A DNA stretch of 39,587 nt from Candidatus Omnitrophota bacterium (GTDB lineage Bacteria; Omnitrophota; Gorgyraeia; Gygaellales; Profunditerraquicolaceae), in contig JBFMBZ010000051.1 of NCBI GenBank assembly GCA_040754615.1, forward strand, positions 1 to 39,587, in the 5' to 3' direction. The notes under the pieces were generated by a model. It saw nothing but the letters and a program-made list of their open reading frames with translations, searched no databases and had not been told where the DNA came from. The position numbers were made by a program, and so were the translations under genes. This document shows positions 1-8,832 of the stretch, in pieces. Within the stretch, counting starts at the first letter, position 1. Every line of letters starts with the position of its first letter.

Positions 1-2
1 TA

Positions 3-1268
3 AATTTAGGTAATTTACCAAAAGAAATTCAGGGGTGGATAGATATTGCTTCAACGGTTGCTTCTTTAGAGAAAGTAAATGTTTATCTGGTGGGCGGGTT
101 TGTGCGCGACTTGCTTTTGGGGGCGCAGAATTTTGATTTAGACATTGTTGTGGAACAGGAAGGAATTAAATTCGCCCGCGAGTTCGCAAAGAGGCTCCGT
201 TCGGAGCTCATAATACACCAGAGGTTCGCTACGGCCACACTTTTTGTCCGGCCGCATTTAAAGATAGACGTTGCCACGGTAAGAAAAGAGTGTTACCCAA
301 AACCCGCGTCTCTGCCCGAAGTTTCCAGCGGTTGCCTGAGGGAGGATTTGTTCCGCAGGGACTTTACGATTAATGCCATGGCTATAAGCATAGGCAAGAA
401 AGACTTTGGCTCGCTTATAGATTATTTCTCAGGCAAAGAGGATTTACGCAATAAAAAGATACGCGTATTGCACCCCTTAAGCTTTATCGATGACCCTACC
501 CGGATTTTAAGGGCGATAAGGTTTGAAATGCGCTATGGTTTTGGTATCGAACCAAAGACGCTTGGGCTTCTTAAAGATGCCGTCGGCTTAGGCATGCTTA
601 ATAAGTTAGAGCCCCAGAGGCTGCGGGACGAGCTGATTTTAATTTTCAAGGAAAAAGAGCCCTTAAAAGAAATTAGCAGGATAGACAGGCTCGCAGGCTT
701 CAATTTTATCAAAGAGGGGCTTTCTCTTTCCGGAAAAACCCGCGGATTTTTATCTTCAGTCGATAAGCAGGTAAAATGGTACAGGGATAGCTGTCAAAAA
801 TGCCGGCACATAAATTCCTGGCTCGTTTATCTGGGGGGGCTCCTGGATTCTTGCGGTCAAAAAGAAACAAAAAACATCTGCCGTAAATTCGCCTTGCGTA
901 AAGGTGAAGAAAAAATACTCCTCAGTTATAAAGGCGTAAAAGAAAGTTCTATAAGGCAGCTGGAGCAGGAAGGGATACAGGCTTACCGGGTATTTAGCCT
1001 GCTTGAGTCCTTAAGTTATGAAGCGGTTTTGCTACTCAGGGCAAAATATAACAATGCTCAGTTACGTAAACACCTTGCGGATTTTTTGCATACCCATGCC
1101 GGGGTGCGCATTCATATAAACGGGATGGACCTTAAGGGCCTGGGTATTGCATCCGGGCCCTTATACCAGAAGATTTTCCGCCAAGTCCTCAAGGCAAAGC
1201 TAAATGGGCTGGTAGGAACCAAAGAGGAAGAACTGGCGCTGGTAAAGAAAATAATAAGATACAAATGA
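3..1268 (+). CDS. cca: Class II tRNA nucleotidyltransferase (CCA/A-adding enzyme), 5'-truncated by window edge
   Basis: Frame is open from position 3 (NLGNLPKEI...VYLVGGFVRD), so the GTG at 90 is internal. Motifs VGGFVRD..DLD, EDLFRRDFTINA and DDPTRILRAIRF are present. Confidence 0.9.
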   Translation, partial: NLGNLPKEIQGWIDIASTVASLEKVNVYLVGGFVRDLLLGAQNFDLDIVVEQEGIKFAREFAKRLRSELIIHQRFATATLFVRPHLKIDVATVRKECYPKPASLPEVSSGCLREDLFRRDFTINAMAISIGKKDFGSLIDYFSGKEDLRNKKIRVLHPLSFIDDPTRILRAIRFEMRYGFGIEPKTLGLLKDAVGLGMLNKLEPQRLRDELILIFKEKEPLKEISRIDRLAGFNFIKEGLSLSGKTRGFLSSVDKQVKWYRDSCQKCRHINSWLVYLGGLLDSCGQKETKNICRKFALRKGEEKILLSYKGVKESSIRQLEQEGIQAYRVFSLLESLSYEAVLLLRAKYNNAQLRKHLADFLHTHAGVRIHINGMDLKGLGIASGPLYQKIFRQVLKAKLNGLVGTKEEELALVKKIIRYK

Positions 1269-1420
1269 CCATAGGCCTATTAAGGCTTTTAATTTCGTCG
1301 AAAATTGCACGGACGTAAACCTAATTAACCATGAAATAGAGTTTAATTCATAGACGCCTACGGGCTACAACTTACCTCGGAATAGACGTAAGTTGATGCT
1401 CCGTAAGTTGTCTGCTCATT
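1269..1420 (-). repeat. Structured intergenic element, copy A (inverted relative to copy B at 36467)
   Basis: The reverse complement reads AATGAGCAGA-CAACTTAC...GTAAGTTG-TAGC-CCGTAG-GCGTCT-ATGAATT, matching copy B AATGAGCAGA-TAACTTAC...GTAAGTTA-TAGC-GGA-GCGTCT-GCGAATT. The outer boundary is uncertain. Confidence 0.75.
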
Positions 1421-1423
1421 AAT

Positions 1424-1804
1424 ATGTCAAGGCAAGAGAGAGTCACCCAGGCGATAAGAAGAGAGGTAAGCATTATTCTGCACGATGAATTAAAGGACCC
1501 GCGCCTCGGCTTTGTTACGATTACAAAGGTAGAGCTAAGCCATGATTTTCGGCGGGCAAATATTTTTTTTAGCGTCCTGGGCAAGGATGAAGAATACAAA
1601 AAAACAAAGCAGGCATTAAATTCAGCCTTAGGCTTTATCCGCCGGATCCTTTCCCAGAGGATAAACTTAAGGTTTGCTCCCGAAATATCCTTCAGGGAAG
1701 ACCGTTCCACAGAATACAGCATCAGGATAGAAGAATTGCTAAACGAAATCAAGGAGAAGAATGAGCCTAAAAAAAGCAATAGAGTGCATAAAAAAACACA
1801 ATAA
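1424..1804 (+). CDS. rbfA: Ribosome-binding factor A
   Basis: MSRQERV..IRREVS, KDPRLGFVTITKVELSHD and LRFAPEISFRED are typical RbfA motifs. Confidence 0.95.
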   Translation: MSRQERVTQAIRREVSIILHDELKDPRLGFVTITKVELSHDFRRANIFFSVLGKDEEYKKTKQALNSALGFIRRILSQRINLRFAPEISFREDRSTEYSIRIEELLNEIKEKNEPKKSNRVHKKTQ

Positions 1805-2735
1805 TTTCGTAGTTACGAGCCACACAAACCTTGAAGGGGATGCCTTGGGTTCGGAGCTGGCCTTCTTCCGGCTCCTGCGGCGGTTAGGGAAAAGGGCGCG
1901 GGTCATCAATGAAGACAGCGTCCCGCAAAGATACGCCTTTCTTCCCGATACCGAAAGGATAAAGAAGCTTAGCCGTAATACTGCCGATAATAAATTTGAC
2001 TGTTTCGCGGTGCTTGATTGTTCTGATTTAAATAGGACAGGCCGGGTCCACCTGATGAATAAAGACAAAAAGACCATTTTAAATATCGACCACCATATCA
2101 GTAATGTAGGCTTTGGCAACATAAACTGGGTCCAGCCGCATGCCTCTTCCTGTTCGGAGATGGTTTATAAAATTTACAAGAAATTACGCCTCCCCTTCGA
2201 CAAGAAGACAGCCCTCTTGCTTTATACCGGCATACTTACGGATACGGGGAGTTTTCGTTACAGAAGCACTTCGGCTTTTACTCATCAAGCGGTTTCGGAT
2301 TTGCTTAAATATAAAATAGACGCCGCAGGGGTCCACAGAAAGGTATATGAAGATATTCCTTATGAGGATTTATTGTTTTTGTCCGGCATATTACAAAAAA
2401 TAAAGTTAGCATTTAAAGGCAAGGTGGCCTGGATAGAAATTGGCCGGGGCATCTTAAAAAAGAAGGGCTCAAGCATTGACCTGAACGAAGAGATATTGAA
2501 ATTTGCGCGCGCTATCAAGGGAGTTGAAGTGGTTGCGTTATTTAAAGAAAACTTAGGCTCAAGGCAGGAAACCAGGATAAATTTGCGGTCAAGCGGGAAA
2601 ATTGATGTGAATAAAATTGCCGCTTTTTTCGGCGGCGGAGGCCACCGCACTGCCAGCGGATGCACGCTTTCCGTAAGCCTAAGCAGGGCAAAAAAATGCG
2701 TCCTGGCAGAAATAAAAAAATATTTGCGCTCATAA
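1761..2735 (+). CDS. nrnA: DHH/DHHA1 phosphoesterase (bifunctional oligoribonuclease/PAP phosphatase)
   Basis: NIDHH, GILTDTGSF and FGGGGHRTASG motifs; usual position after rbfA; AAGGAG SD upstream. Confidence 0.9.
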   Translation: MSLKKAIECIKKHNNFVVTSHTNLEGDALGSELAFFRLLRRLGKRARVINEDSVPQRYAFLPDTERIKKLSRNTADNKFDCFAVLDCSDLNRTGRVHLMNKDKKTILNIDHHISNVGFGNINWVQPHASSCSEMVYKIYKKLRLPFDKKTALLLYTGILTDTGSFRYRSTSAFTHQAVSDLLKYKIDAAGVHRKVYEDIPYEDLLFLSGILQKIKLAFKGKVAWIEIGRGILKKKGSSIDLNEEILKFARAIKGVEVVALFKENLGSRQETRINLRSSGKIDVNKIAAFFGGGGHRTASGCTLSVSLSRAKKCVLAEIKKYLRS

Positions 2736-2741
2736 AAGCTA

Positions 2742-3680
2742 ATGGAAATAATATTTGGAGTGAACAACTTCAAGAGGTATAAAAACCCCGTGGTGGTTCT
2801 CGGGGTTTTTGACGGAGTGCACCTTGGCCACAAGCTTATTCTTAAAAGCGCGGCCAAGAAAGCAAAGGCCCTGGGCGTAAAAAGCATAGTATTAACTATG
2901 TGGCCTCACCCTAAGGGCAGGGAGAGTATCCATTCTTTAGCTCATCGTTTAAAACTGATCAGCCAGACCGGGATTGACGCGGCCTTTGTGATAAATTTTA
3001 CCCCTTCATTTTCAGCTCTGAGCGGGGAAGATTTCGTAAAAAAAATCTTGGCCGGGAAGATAGGCGCTTCCCATGTTTATGTGGGAAGGAATTTCAGGTT
3101 TGGCAGGGGTGCGTCGGCAGATACAAGAGTTTTGTCCGGGTTATCCGGTATTTATAATTTTAAACTAAAGACCTTTCGGGTACTCAAAAAAAACGGCACT
3201 GCCATAAGCAGCACTTATATACGCAGGTTAATTAAAAAGGGAGACCTGGCCCTTTCTTCGAAACTTCTCGGCAGGCCGGTAAGCATCCTGGGAACGGTTA
3301 TCCGGGGAGACTTTATCGCCAGGTATTTGGGTTTTCCTACGGCAAATATAAACCCTCATCATGAAGTTATACCGGCTAAAGGGATTTACGCAATTGAGGT
3401 AATCTTTGAGAAAAAAAATTATCGGGGCATCTGTTATATCGGCTCAAAGCCAACCTTTAAAACGCATAACTCACTACGCATAACGCACAACGCACAACGC
3501 ACAACGCATATCGAGGTACATGTTTTTGATTTTAATAAAAATATTTATGGAAAGGACCTTGAGGTTTTGTTCATCAAAAAGCTCCGCAGCGAGCAGAAAT
3601 TTGATTCACCCGCGAAATTAACCCTGCAGATAAAAAAAGATATCCTCAAAGCAAAATCCGTTTTTCCCCGCCACAGCTAA
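2742..3680 (+). CDS. ribF: Bifunctional riboflavin kinase/FAD synthetase
   Basis: GVFDGVHLGH, ISSTYIR, GFPTAN, KPTF...IEVH and LRSEQKF motifs. Confidence 0.95.
   Translation: MEIIFGVNNFKRYKNPVVVLGVFDGVHLGHKLILKSAAKKAKALGVKSIVLTMWPHPKGRESIHSLAHRLKLISQTGIDAAFVINFTPSFSALSGEDFVKKILAGKIGASHVYVGRNFRFGRGASADTRVLSGLSGIYNFKLKTFRVLKKNGTAISSTYIRRLIKKGDLALSSKLLGRPVSILGTVIRGDFIARYLGFPTANINPHHEVIPAKGIYAIEVIFEKKNYRGICYIGSKPTFKTHNSLRITHNAQRTTHIEVHVFDFNKNIYGKDLEVLFIKKLRSEQKFDSPAKLTLQIKKDILKAKSVFPRHS
3461..3509 (+). repeat. 7 x 7-bp tandem repeat (consensus AACGCAC/T) inside ribF
   Basis: AACGCAT AACTCAC TACGCAT AACGCAC AACGCAC AACGCAC AACGCAT read directly. Confidence 0.95.
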
Positions 3681-3757
3681 TCTATACAATATCTGCCTAT
3701 CTTCGGGCGCTCTAACCACTACTTGTTGTATATTAATAAGTTAGGGAAATAATTGAC

Positions 3758-3786
3758 TTGACAAAATAGTTTATTTTCTCTATACT
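3758..3786 (+). promoter_or_regulatory. Sigma70-type promoter of the dcw operon
   Basis: TTGACA (3758-3763), 17-bp spacer, TATACT (3781-3786). Confidence 0.85.
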
Positions 3787-3793
3787 TGACTAC

Positions 3794-3820
3794 AAAGTGG
3801 CTAAAAGTGGTTTAAAGTGG
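3794..3820 (+). promoter_or_regulatory. MraZ operator: three AAAGTGG boxes at 10-bp periodicity
   Basis: AAAGTGG at 3794, 3804 and 3814, just downstream of the -10 and upstream of mraZ; matches known GTGG-repeat MraZ operators. Confidence 0.85.
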
Positions 3821-3843
3821 TTTAAAACAAAAGGCGCTTATTT

Positions 3844-4281
3844 ATGTTTTACGGAGAATACTTTCATACCATAGACCGAAAAGGAAGGCTGATTATGCCT
3901 GCGAAATTCCGCGAGGTATCAAAGGCGAATTTCATTGAGCGTTTTTTTGTAACTCGCGGATTAGACCAGTGCCTTTTTATGTTTTCAGAGGAAGAATGGC
4001 GCAATCAGGAAGCAAAGCTTAAGGCCATATCTTTTACGAAACAGCAGGGAAGGATATTTAACCGCCTCTATTTTTCCGGAGCGGCGGAAGTCATCCCCGA
4101 TAAACAGGGCAGGCTCCTGCTTCCCCCATACCTGAAAGATTATGCCCTGATAAAAAGGGAAGTAGTTATTGTGGGAGTTTCTAACCGTATTGAAATCTGG
4201 TGCAAAGAGAAGTGGCAGGAATTCTATTCGAATTCGCGCCAGTCATTTGAAGAGATAGCAGAGAAGTTGATGGATTCATAA
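3844..4281 (+). CDS. mraZ: Division/cell-wall cluster transcriptional repressor MraZ
   Basis: MFYGEY..TIDRKGRL and a second DKQGRL repeat; GVSNRIEIW. Confidence 0.97.
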   Translation: MFYGEYFHTIDRKGRLIMPAKFREVSKANFIERFFVTRGLDQCLFMFSEEEWRNQEAKLKAISFTKQQGRIFNRLYFSGAAEVIPDKQGRLLLPPYLKDYALIKREVVIVGVSNRIEIWCKEKWQEFYSNSRQSFEEIAEKLMDS

Positions 4282-4288
4282 AATAGGC

Positions 4289-5194
4289 GTGGATGCAGTA
4301 AAGAGATACCATATTCCGGTTATGCTGGACGAAGTCTTAGAATATTTGAATCTAAGCCCCGGTAAAATTATAGTGGACGCCACTATAGGAACAGGCGGGC
4401 ATAGCAGGGCCATACTGGAGCGTATTTCCCCCGGCGGCCGGCTTATAGGCATAGACCGCGACAAGGAGTCCCTTGAGGTTTGCAGAGAGCGGCTGAGCTA
4501 TTGCGCAGGGCCCTGTACCTTTGTGCACGAGAATTTTATAAATATAGATAACGTCTTAAAAGAGCAGGGAATTGAGAAAATAGACGGGGTTATTTTTGAC
4601 CTGGGTATTTCATCTTTTCAGTTAGATGACCCGCAAAGAGGCTTCAGCTTTAATGCCGAAGGCCCTTTGGATATGCGTATGGACAGGGATAGTTATATAT
4701 CCGCTTATGACCTTATCAACAATTTAAACGAGGAGGAGCTGTCTGTGCTTTTACGCAATTTCGGCCAGGAGCGGTGGCATAACCGCATCGCAAATTTCCT
4801 GGTAAAGGAGAGGGAAAAACATCCGATTGCGACCACCGCCGAATTATCCGATATCGTCGTAAAGTCTCTTCCTTATAGATTCAGGCACAGGCACTACCGC
4901 ATACATCCCGCAACCAGGACTTTTCAGGCAGTGCGTATCGCGGTAAACCGGGAACTGGAAACGCTGGAAATTGCGTTAAACAAGGCTTTACCGTTGCTTG
5001 CGAAAAACGCAAGGATATGCGTTATATCATTTCATTCTCTGGAAGACAGGATAGCAAAAATTACTTTTCGCCAGGCAGCCAGCGCCGGAATAATAGAAAT
5101 AATCACCCGTAAACCCCTTACTTCGAGCCTTACGCAATTGCGGGAAAACCCTTCAGCGAGGAGCGCTAAGCTTCGGGTAGCGCAAAAACTATAA
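4289..5194 (+). CDS. rsmH: 16S rRNA m4C1402 methyltransferase
   Basis: HIPVM, DATIGTGGHS, DLGISSFQLD..RGFSF, HPATRTFQA and SFHSLEDR motifs; GTG start. Confidence 0.97.
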   Translation: MDAVKRYHIPVMLDEVLEYLNLSPGKIIVDATIGTGGHSRAILERISPGGRLIGIDRDKESLEVCRERLSYCAGPCTFVHENFINIDNVLKEQGIEKIDGVIFDLGISSFQLDDPQRGFSFNAEGPLDMRMDRDSYISAYDLINNLNEEELSVLLRNFGQERWHNRIANFLVKEREKHPIATTAELSDIVVKSLPYRFRHRHYRIHPATRTFQAVRIAVNRELETLEIALNKALPLLAKNARICVISFHSLEDRIAKITFRQAASAGIIEIITRKPLTSSLTQLRENPSARSAKLRVAQKL

Positions 5195-5195
5195 T

Positions 5196-5594
5196 ATGAG
5201 ATTAACCAGGTTCCTTTCCACCCTTTCATTCGTTACGGCATTTTCCCTCCTTTATGTCTACCAGCAGACAGAGATCTTCCGTCTTGCCTACTCAGCGCAA
5301 AAGAAACACACGGCCTGCGAGGAATTGCTTGATAAAAATATTTTCTTACGCTATAATATCAAACGCAGCGCTTCTCTAATCCAGCTCGGAGACAAAATCT
5401 CAGCTTCTAATGAATTCCAGATGCCGGATAACTATAGCGTTATAAGGTTATCCGGGAAAGCCGGCCGTATAGAGACGAGTAAGGCACAGCCCAGGCAAGA
5501 AACCCTTTTGAGCAGGCTCTTTAGCATTAAGAGGCAGGCAGAGGCAGAGACGCTTAAGTCTTCTGTTACGCTCAATATAGAAGGCGGCTGGTAA
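5196..5594 (+). CDS. ftsL: Probable FtsL-like cell division protein
   Basis: Lies between rsmH and ftsI; N-terminal TM helix followed by a leucine-zipper-like segment. Call is positional. Confidence 0.65.
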   Translation: MRLTRFLSTLSFVTAFSLLYVYQQTEIFRLAYSAQKKHTACEELLDKNIFLRYNIKRSASLIQLGDKISASNEFQMPDNYSVIRLSGKAGRIETSKAQPRQETLLSRLFSIKRQAEAETLKSSVTLNIEGGW

Positions 5595-5639
5595 GCCAAT
5601 AATCTTAACAAGCTGTAGATCAGTTAACTTCAGGTAATA

Positions 5640-7364
5640 GTGTATATAATTAATTATCGCCGTAGAACCGAGGCGGTATTTTCTTTTTTTGTGTTTTTTC
5701 TGCTTTTTTGTGTTGCCCGCCTGATTTTTATCCAGGTTTTCCGCTCATCCTACCTTTCTGCCATAGCCAAAAAACAGCATAACCTATTTGTAGAATTGGA
5801 ACCCCGCCGGGGGGCAATATTTGATGCTAACCTCAAGCCCCAGGCAATAAATATAACCCGCGATTCACTCTACGCCTCGCCCAATGAAATCCCGGAGAGG
5901 GAAAAAGAAGGCATTATTAAACAATTGGCCCCTATATTGAACCTGGATGCCGCATATCTAAGAGACAGGCTTAAGCGGAAAAAATCTTTTATTTGGCTGG
6001 CGCGTAAAATTACCCTCGTCCAGTCCGAGGCAATCAAGAAACTGAATATAAAAGGATTGGGTTTTATAAAAGAGAGCAAGCGTTCATATCCAAACGGTTA
6101 TTTAGCCAGCCACCTGATCGGTTTTGCAGGCACAGATAATAAGGGCTTGGAGGGGGTAGAAATTTATTATGACGGGTATCTAAAGGGCGAGAGCGGCTGG
6201 GCGCTTTTTTTGCGCGATGCCCGGCAGAAGAAATTAGATTTGTGGGATAGGCTGGTTTTACCCAAAAACGGTTATGATTTGGTTTTGACTATGGATGAAG
6301 TCATCCAGTATATTGCCGAGAGAGAGTTGGATAAGGCATGCAAGGCTTACCGCGCCAAAGGCGCAAGTATCGTGGTAATGGACCCTAATACCGGCGCTAT
6401 CCTCGCGTTAGCCAACCGGCCGACCTTTGACCTGAATGAAAGGACCTCACAGGATAAGGAAAGGATACGTAACCGCGCCATCTGCGATTTGTTTGAGCCC
6501 GGCTCTGTTTTCAAGATAGTTACCGCTTCCGCAGCCATTGAAGAGAAAAAAGTAAGCGAAGAGGACAAATTCTTTTGCGAAAACGGGGCCTATAAAGTCG
6601 GGCCGCATATCTTACACGACCACCGTCCGCACGGCTGGCTGACATTCAAAGAAGTTATCTGGCAGTCAAGCAATATAGGCACAACAAAAGTTGCCCAGTT
6701 GTTAGGTAAAGACGTCATATACAAATATGCAAAACTTTTCGGGTTTGGTTCTAAGCTGGGGATTGACCTGTTCGGAGAAATTTCTGGTGTGAATAAGGAG
6801 CCGCGCCTCTGGTCAAAAATCTCTATCTGTGCAGTCCCTATAGGGCAGGAAGTGGGAGTAACTGCGCTGCAACTAGCCAGCGCCATATCCGTAATTGCAA
6901 ACGGCGGAAAATTAATGAAGCCGTATCTGGTAAAGCAGGTTGTGGATAAACAGGGGGAAATAATAAAAGAATTTACGCCCGTTATTCTTAACACTGTGAT
7001 TTCTCAGGAAACTTCAGGGAGAGTGGGTAAAATGCTTACCGGCGTCGTAGAGGAGGGCACTGGTAAGCTGGCTAAGCCGCAGGGTATGACGGCAGCGGGA
7101 AAGACCGGAACTGCCCAGAAATTAGAGCCTAACGGAAGCTATTCCCACAGTAAATTCATGGCCTCATTTATCGGGTTTGCTCCAGCGGAAAATCCCATGA
7201 TCGCCATTGCCGTTATCGTTGATGAGCCCCGGCCCTATTATTTCGGAGGGGTGGTGGCTGCCCCGGTTTTTAAAAATGTGGCAAATGACGTTGTAAAATA
7301 TTTAAAGTCAAAAGAAGCGCCAAATCTTGAGTTAGCTTTCGATGCGGGCAAGTCAAATAATTAA
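5640..7364 (+). CDS. ftsI: Class B penicillin-binding protein (division transpeptidase FtsI/PBP3)
   Basis: N-terminal TM, RRGAIFD, EPGSVFK (SxxK), SSN and KTGT; dcw position. Confidence 0.93.
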   Translation: MYIINYRRRTEAVFSFFVFFLLFCVARLIFIQVFRSSYLSAIAKKQHNLFVELEPRRGAIFDANLKPQAINITRDSLYASPNEIPEREKEGIIKQLAPILNLDAAYLRDRLKRKKSFIWLARKITLVQSEAIKKLNIKGLGFIKESKRSYPNGYLASHLIGFAGTDNKGLEGVEIYYDGYLKGESGWALFLRDARQKKLDLWDRLVLPKNGYDLVLTMDEVIQYIAERELDKACKAYRAKGASIVVMDPNTGAILALANRPTFDLNERTSQDKERIRNRAICDLFEPGSVFKIVTASAAIEEKKVSEEDKFFCENGAYKVGPHILHDHRPHGWLTFKEVIWQSSNIGTTKVAQLLGKDVIYKYAKLFGFGSKLGIDLFGEISGVNKEPRLWSKISICAVPIGQEVGVTALQLASAISVIANGGKLMKPYLVKQVVDKQGEIIKEFTPVILNTVISQETSGRVGKMLTGVVEEGTGKLAKPQGMTAAGKTGTAQKLEPNGSYSHSKFMASFIGFAPAENPMIAIAVIVDEPRPYYFGGVVAAPVFKNVANDVVKYLKSKEAPNLELAFDAGKSNN

Positions 7365-8832
7365 GATATTAAAGCTACCCCGAAGCCATTCTTTAAATGC
7401 TGATTTAGAGATAAGAGGCATAAGCTGCAATTCAAAGGATGTGCAAAAAGGTTTTGTTTTTGTAGCGATAAAAGGAGCGCGCCAGGACGGGAATAAATTT
7501 ATTGATGAAGCGCTAAGGAGAGGGGCAAGGATAATAGTTACAGAAGCCACCCCCCGGAGCCTTCCTTCGGTAAGCTCAAGGCCCCCTTCGGCCGCAAAGG
7601 GCGTTTTGCTTATTCAAGTTAAAGATGTCCGATTGGCACTGGCAAAATTAGCCGCGCAATACTACCGGGAGCCATCCAGAGAGATCAAAGTCGTGGGAGT
7701 TACGGGCACGAATGGCAAGACTACGGTAACCTATCTTTTGGAAGCGATTCTGAAAGAAAGCGGCTATAGCCCTGCTGTAATAGGCACGATAAATTACCGT
7801 TTTCAAGGGAAAGTCCTCTCTTCCAGGAATACTACTCCGGGGCCGCTAGAGCTTGAGGCGATGCTTTATAATATGCTAAAGAAACGCATAAAATATTGTA
7901 TTATGGAAGTTTCCTCCCATGCCTTAGACCAGAAACGGATAAATGGGGTAAACTTTCATTCCGCTATCTTTACGAATTTGACCCAGGACCATCTTGATTA
8001 CCACAAAACTTTAGAGAACTATTTCAGGGCAAAAAGAAAGTTATTTTCCCTGCTTGAGGCTCCGTCTTTCGCGGTGATAAATAATGATGACAGATACGCC
8101 GGAAGGATAAAACAAGCCACGTCCGCTGCATATATAACCTACGGGATAGAAAAACATTCCGATGTCATGGCGGAGGATTTAAAATTTACTTCGCGGATTA
8201 CTGAATTTATCCTTAAATACCGGGATAAAAGATTCCGGATAAAATCTAAACTTTTGGGGAAGCACAATGTGTACAATTTATTAGCGGCTGTTGCCTGGTC
8301 TGTAAGGGAAGGGATTGAAATTCCGGTAGTAAAATCAGCGTTAGATAAATTTTCTTCAGTCCCCGGCAGGCTTGAAAAAATCCCCTTTCCGGGTGGCTTT
8401 TCTGTTTTTGTGGATTATGCCCATACCGAAGATGCCCTGGAGAACATTTTAAAGACCCTGAGGTTATTTTCAAAAAATAAGGTTATTGTTGTATTTGGCT
8501 GCGGAGGAGAAAGGGACAGGTCAAAACGGCCGAAAATGGGGGAAGTGGTTTCAAGGCTTGCCGATTACGCTATTATTACCAATGATAACCCGCGCTGCGA
8601 AGACCCTGAAGAAATAATCCGCGGCATAAAGGGAGGCATTAAGAGGGATAATTTTTGTGTTATCCATGACCGTTACGAAGCGATAAAAAAGTCTTTATCC
8701 TTAGCCTGCTTTGGGGATATTGTGTTGATAGCCGGCAAGGGCCATGAAAACTACCAGATATTAAGGGACCGCACAATACACTTTGATGATAGAGAAACGG
8801 TGGCCAGGTGTTTAAAATCTCTGAATTATTAA
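7342..8832 (+). CDS. murE: UDP-MurNAc-dipeptide:meso-DAP ligase
   Basis: GVTGTNGKTT, MEVSSH, NLTQDHLDYH, DYAHT; DNPR motif indicates meso-DAP specificity. Confidence 0.96.
   Translation: MRASQIIKILKLPRSHSLNADLEIRGISCNSKDVQKGFVFVAIKGARQDGNKFIDEALRRGARIIVTEATPRSLPSVSSRPPSAAKGVLLIQVKDVRLALAKLAAQYYREPSREIKVVGVTGTNGKTTVTYLLEAILKESGYSPAVIGTINYRFQGKVLSSRNTTPGPLELEAMLYNMLKKRIKYCIMEVSSHALDQKRINGVNFHSAIFTNLTQDHLDYHKTLENYFRAKRKLFSLLEAPSFAVINNDDRYAGRIKQATSAAYITYGIEKHSDVMAEDLKFTSRITEFILKYRDKRFRIKSKLLGKHNVYNLLAAVAWSVREGIEIPVVKSALDKFSSVPGRLEKIPFPGGFSVFVDYAHTEDALENILKTLRLFSKNKVIVVFGCGGERDRSKRPKMGEVVSRLADYAIITNDNPRCEDPEEIIRGIKGGIKRDNFCVIHDRYEAIKKSLSLACFGDIVLIAGKGHENYQILRDRTIHFDDRETVARCLKSLNY
7557..7602 (+). 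repeat. GC-rich double-hairpin in-frame insert in murE
   Basis: GAGCCTTCC-TTCG-GTAAGCTC followed by GCCCCCTTCGGCCGCAAAGGGC (CCTTCGG twice); encodes an atypical Pro/Ser-rich loop. Confidence 0.5.

Noticed and set aside
1761-1804. 44-bp rbfA/nrnA overlap as a frameshift
   Set aside because: Both proteins are complete, nrnA has its own SD, and similar overlaps occur throughout these operons.
3791-3830. 10-bp periodic repeat as CRISPR, iteron or VNTR
   Set aside because: There are no spacers, and position and sequence fit the MraZ operator.
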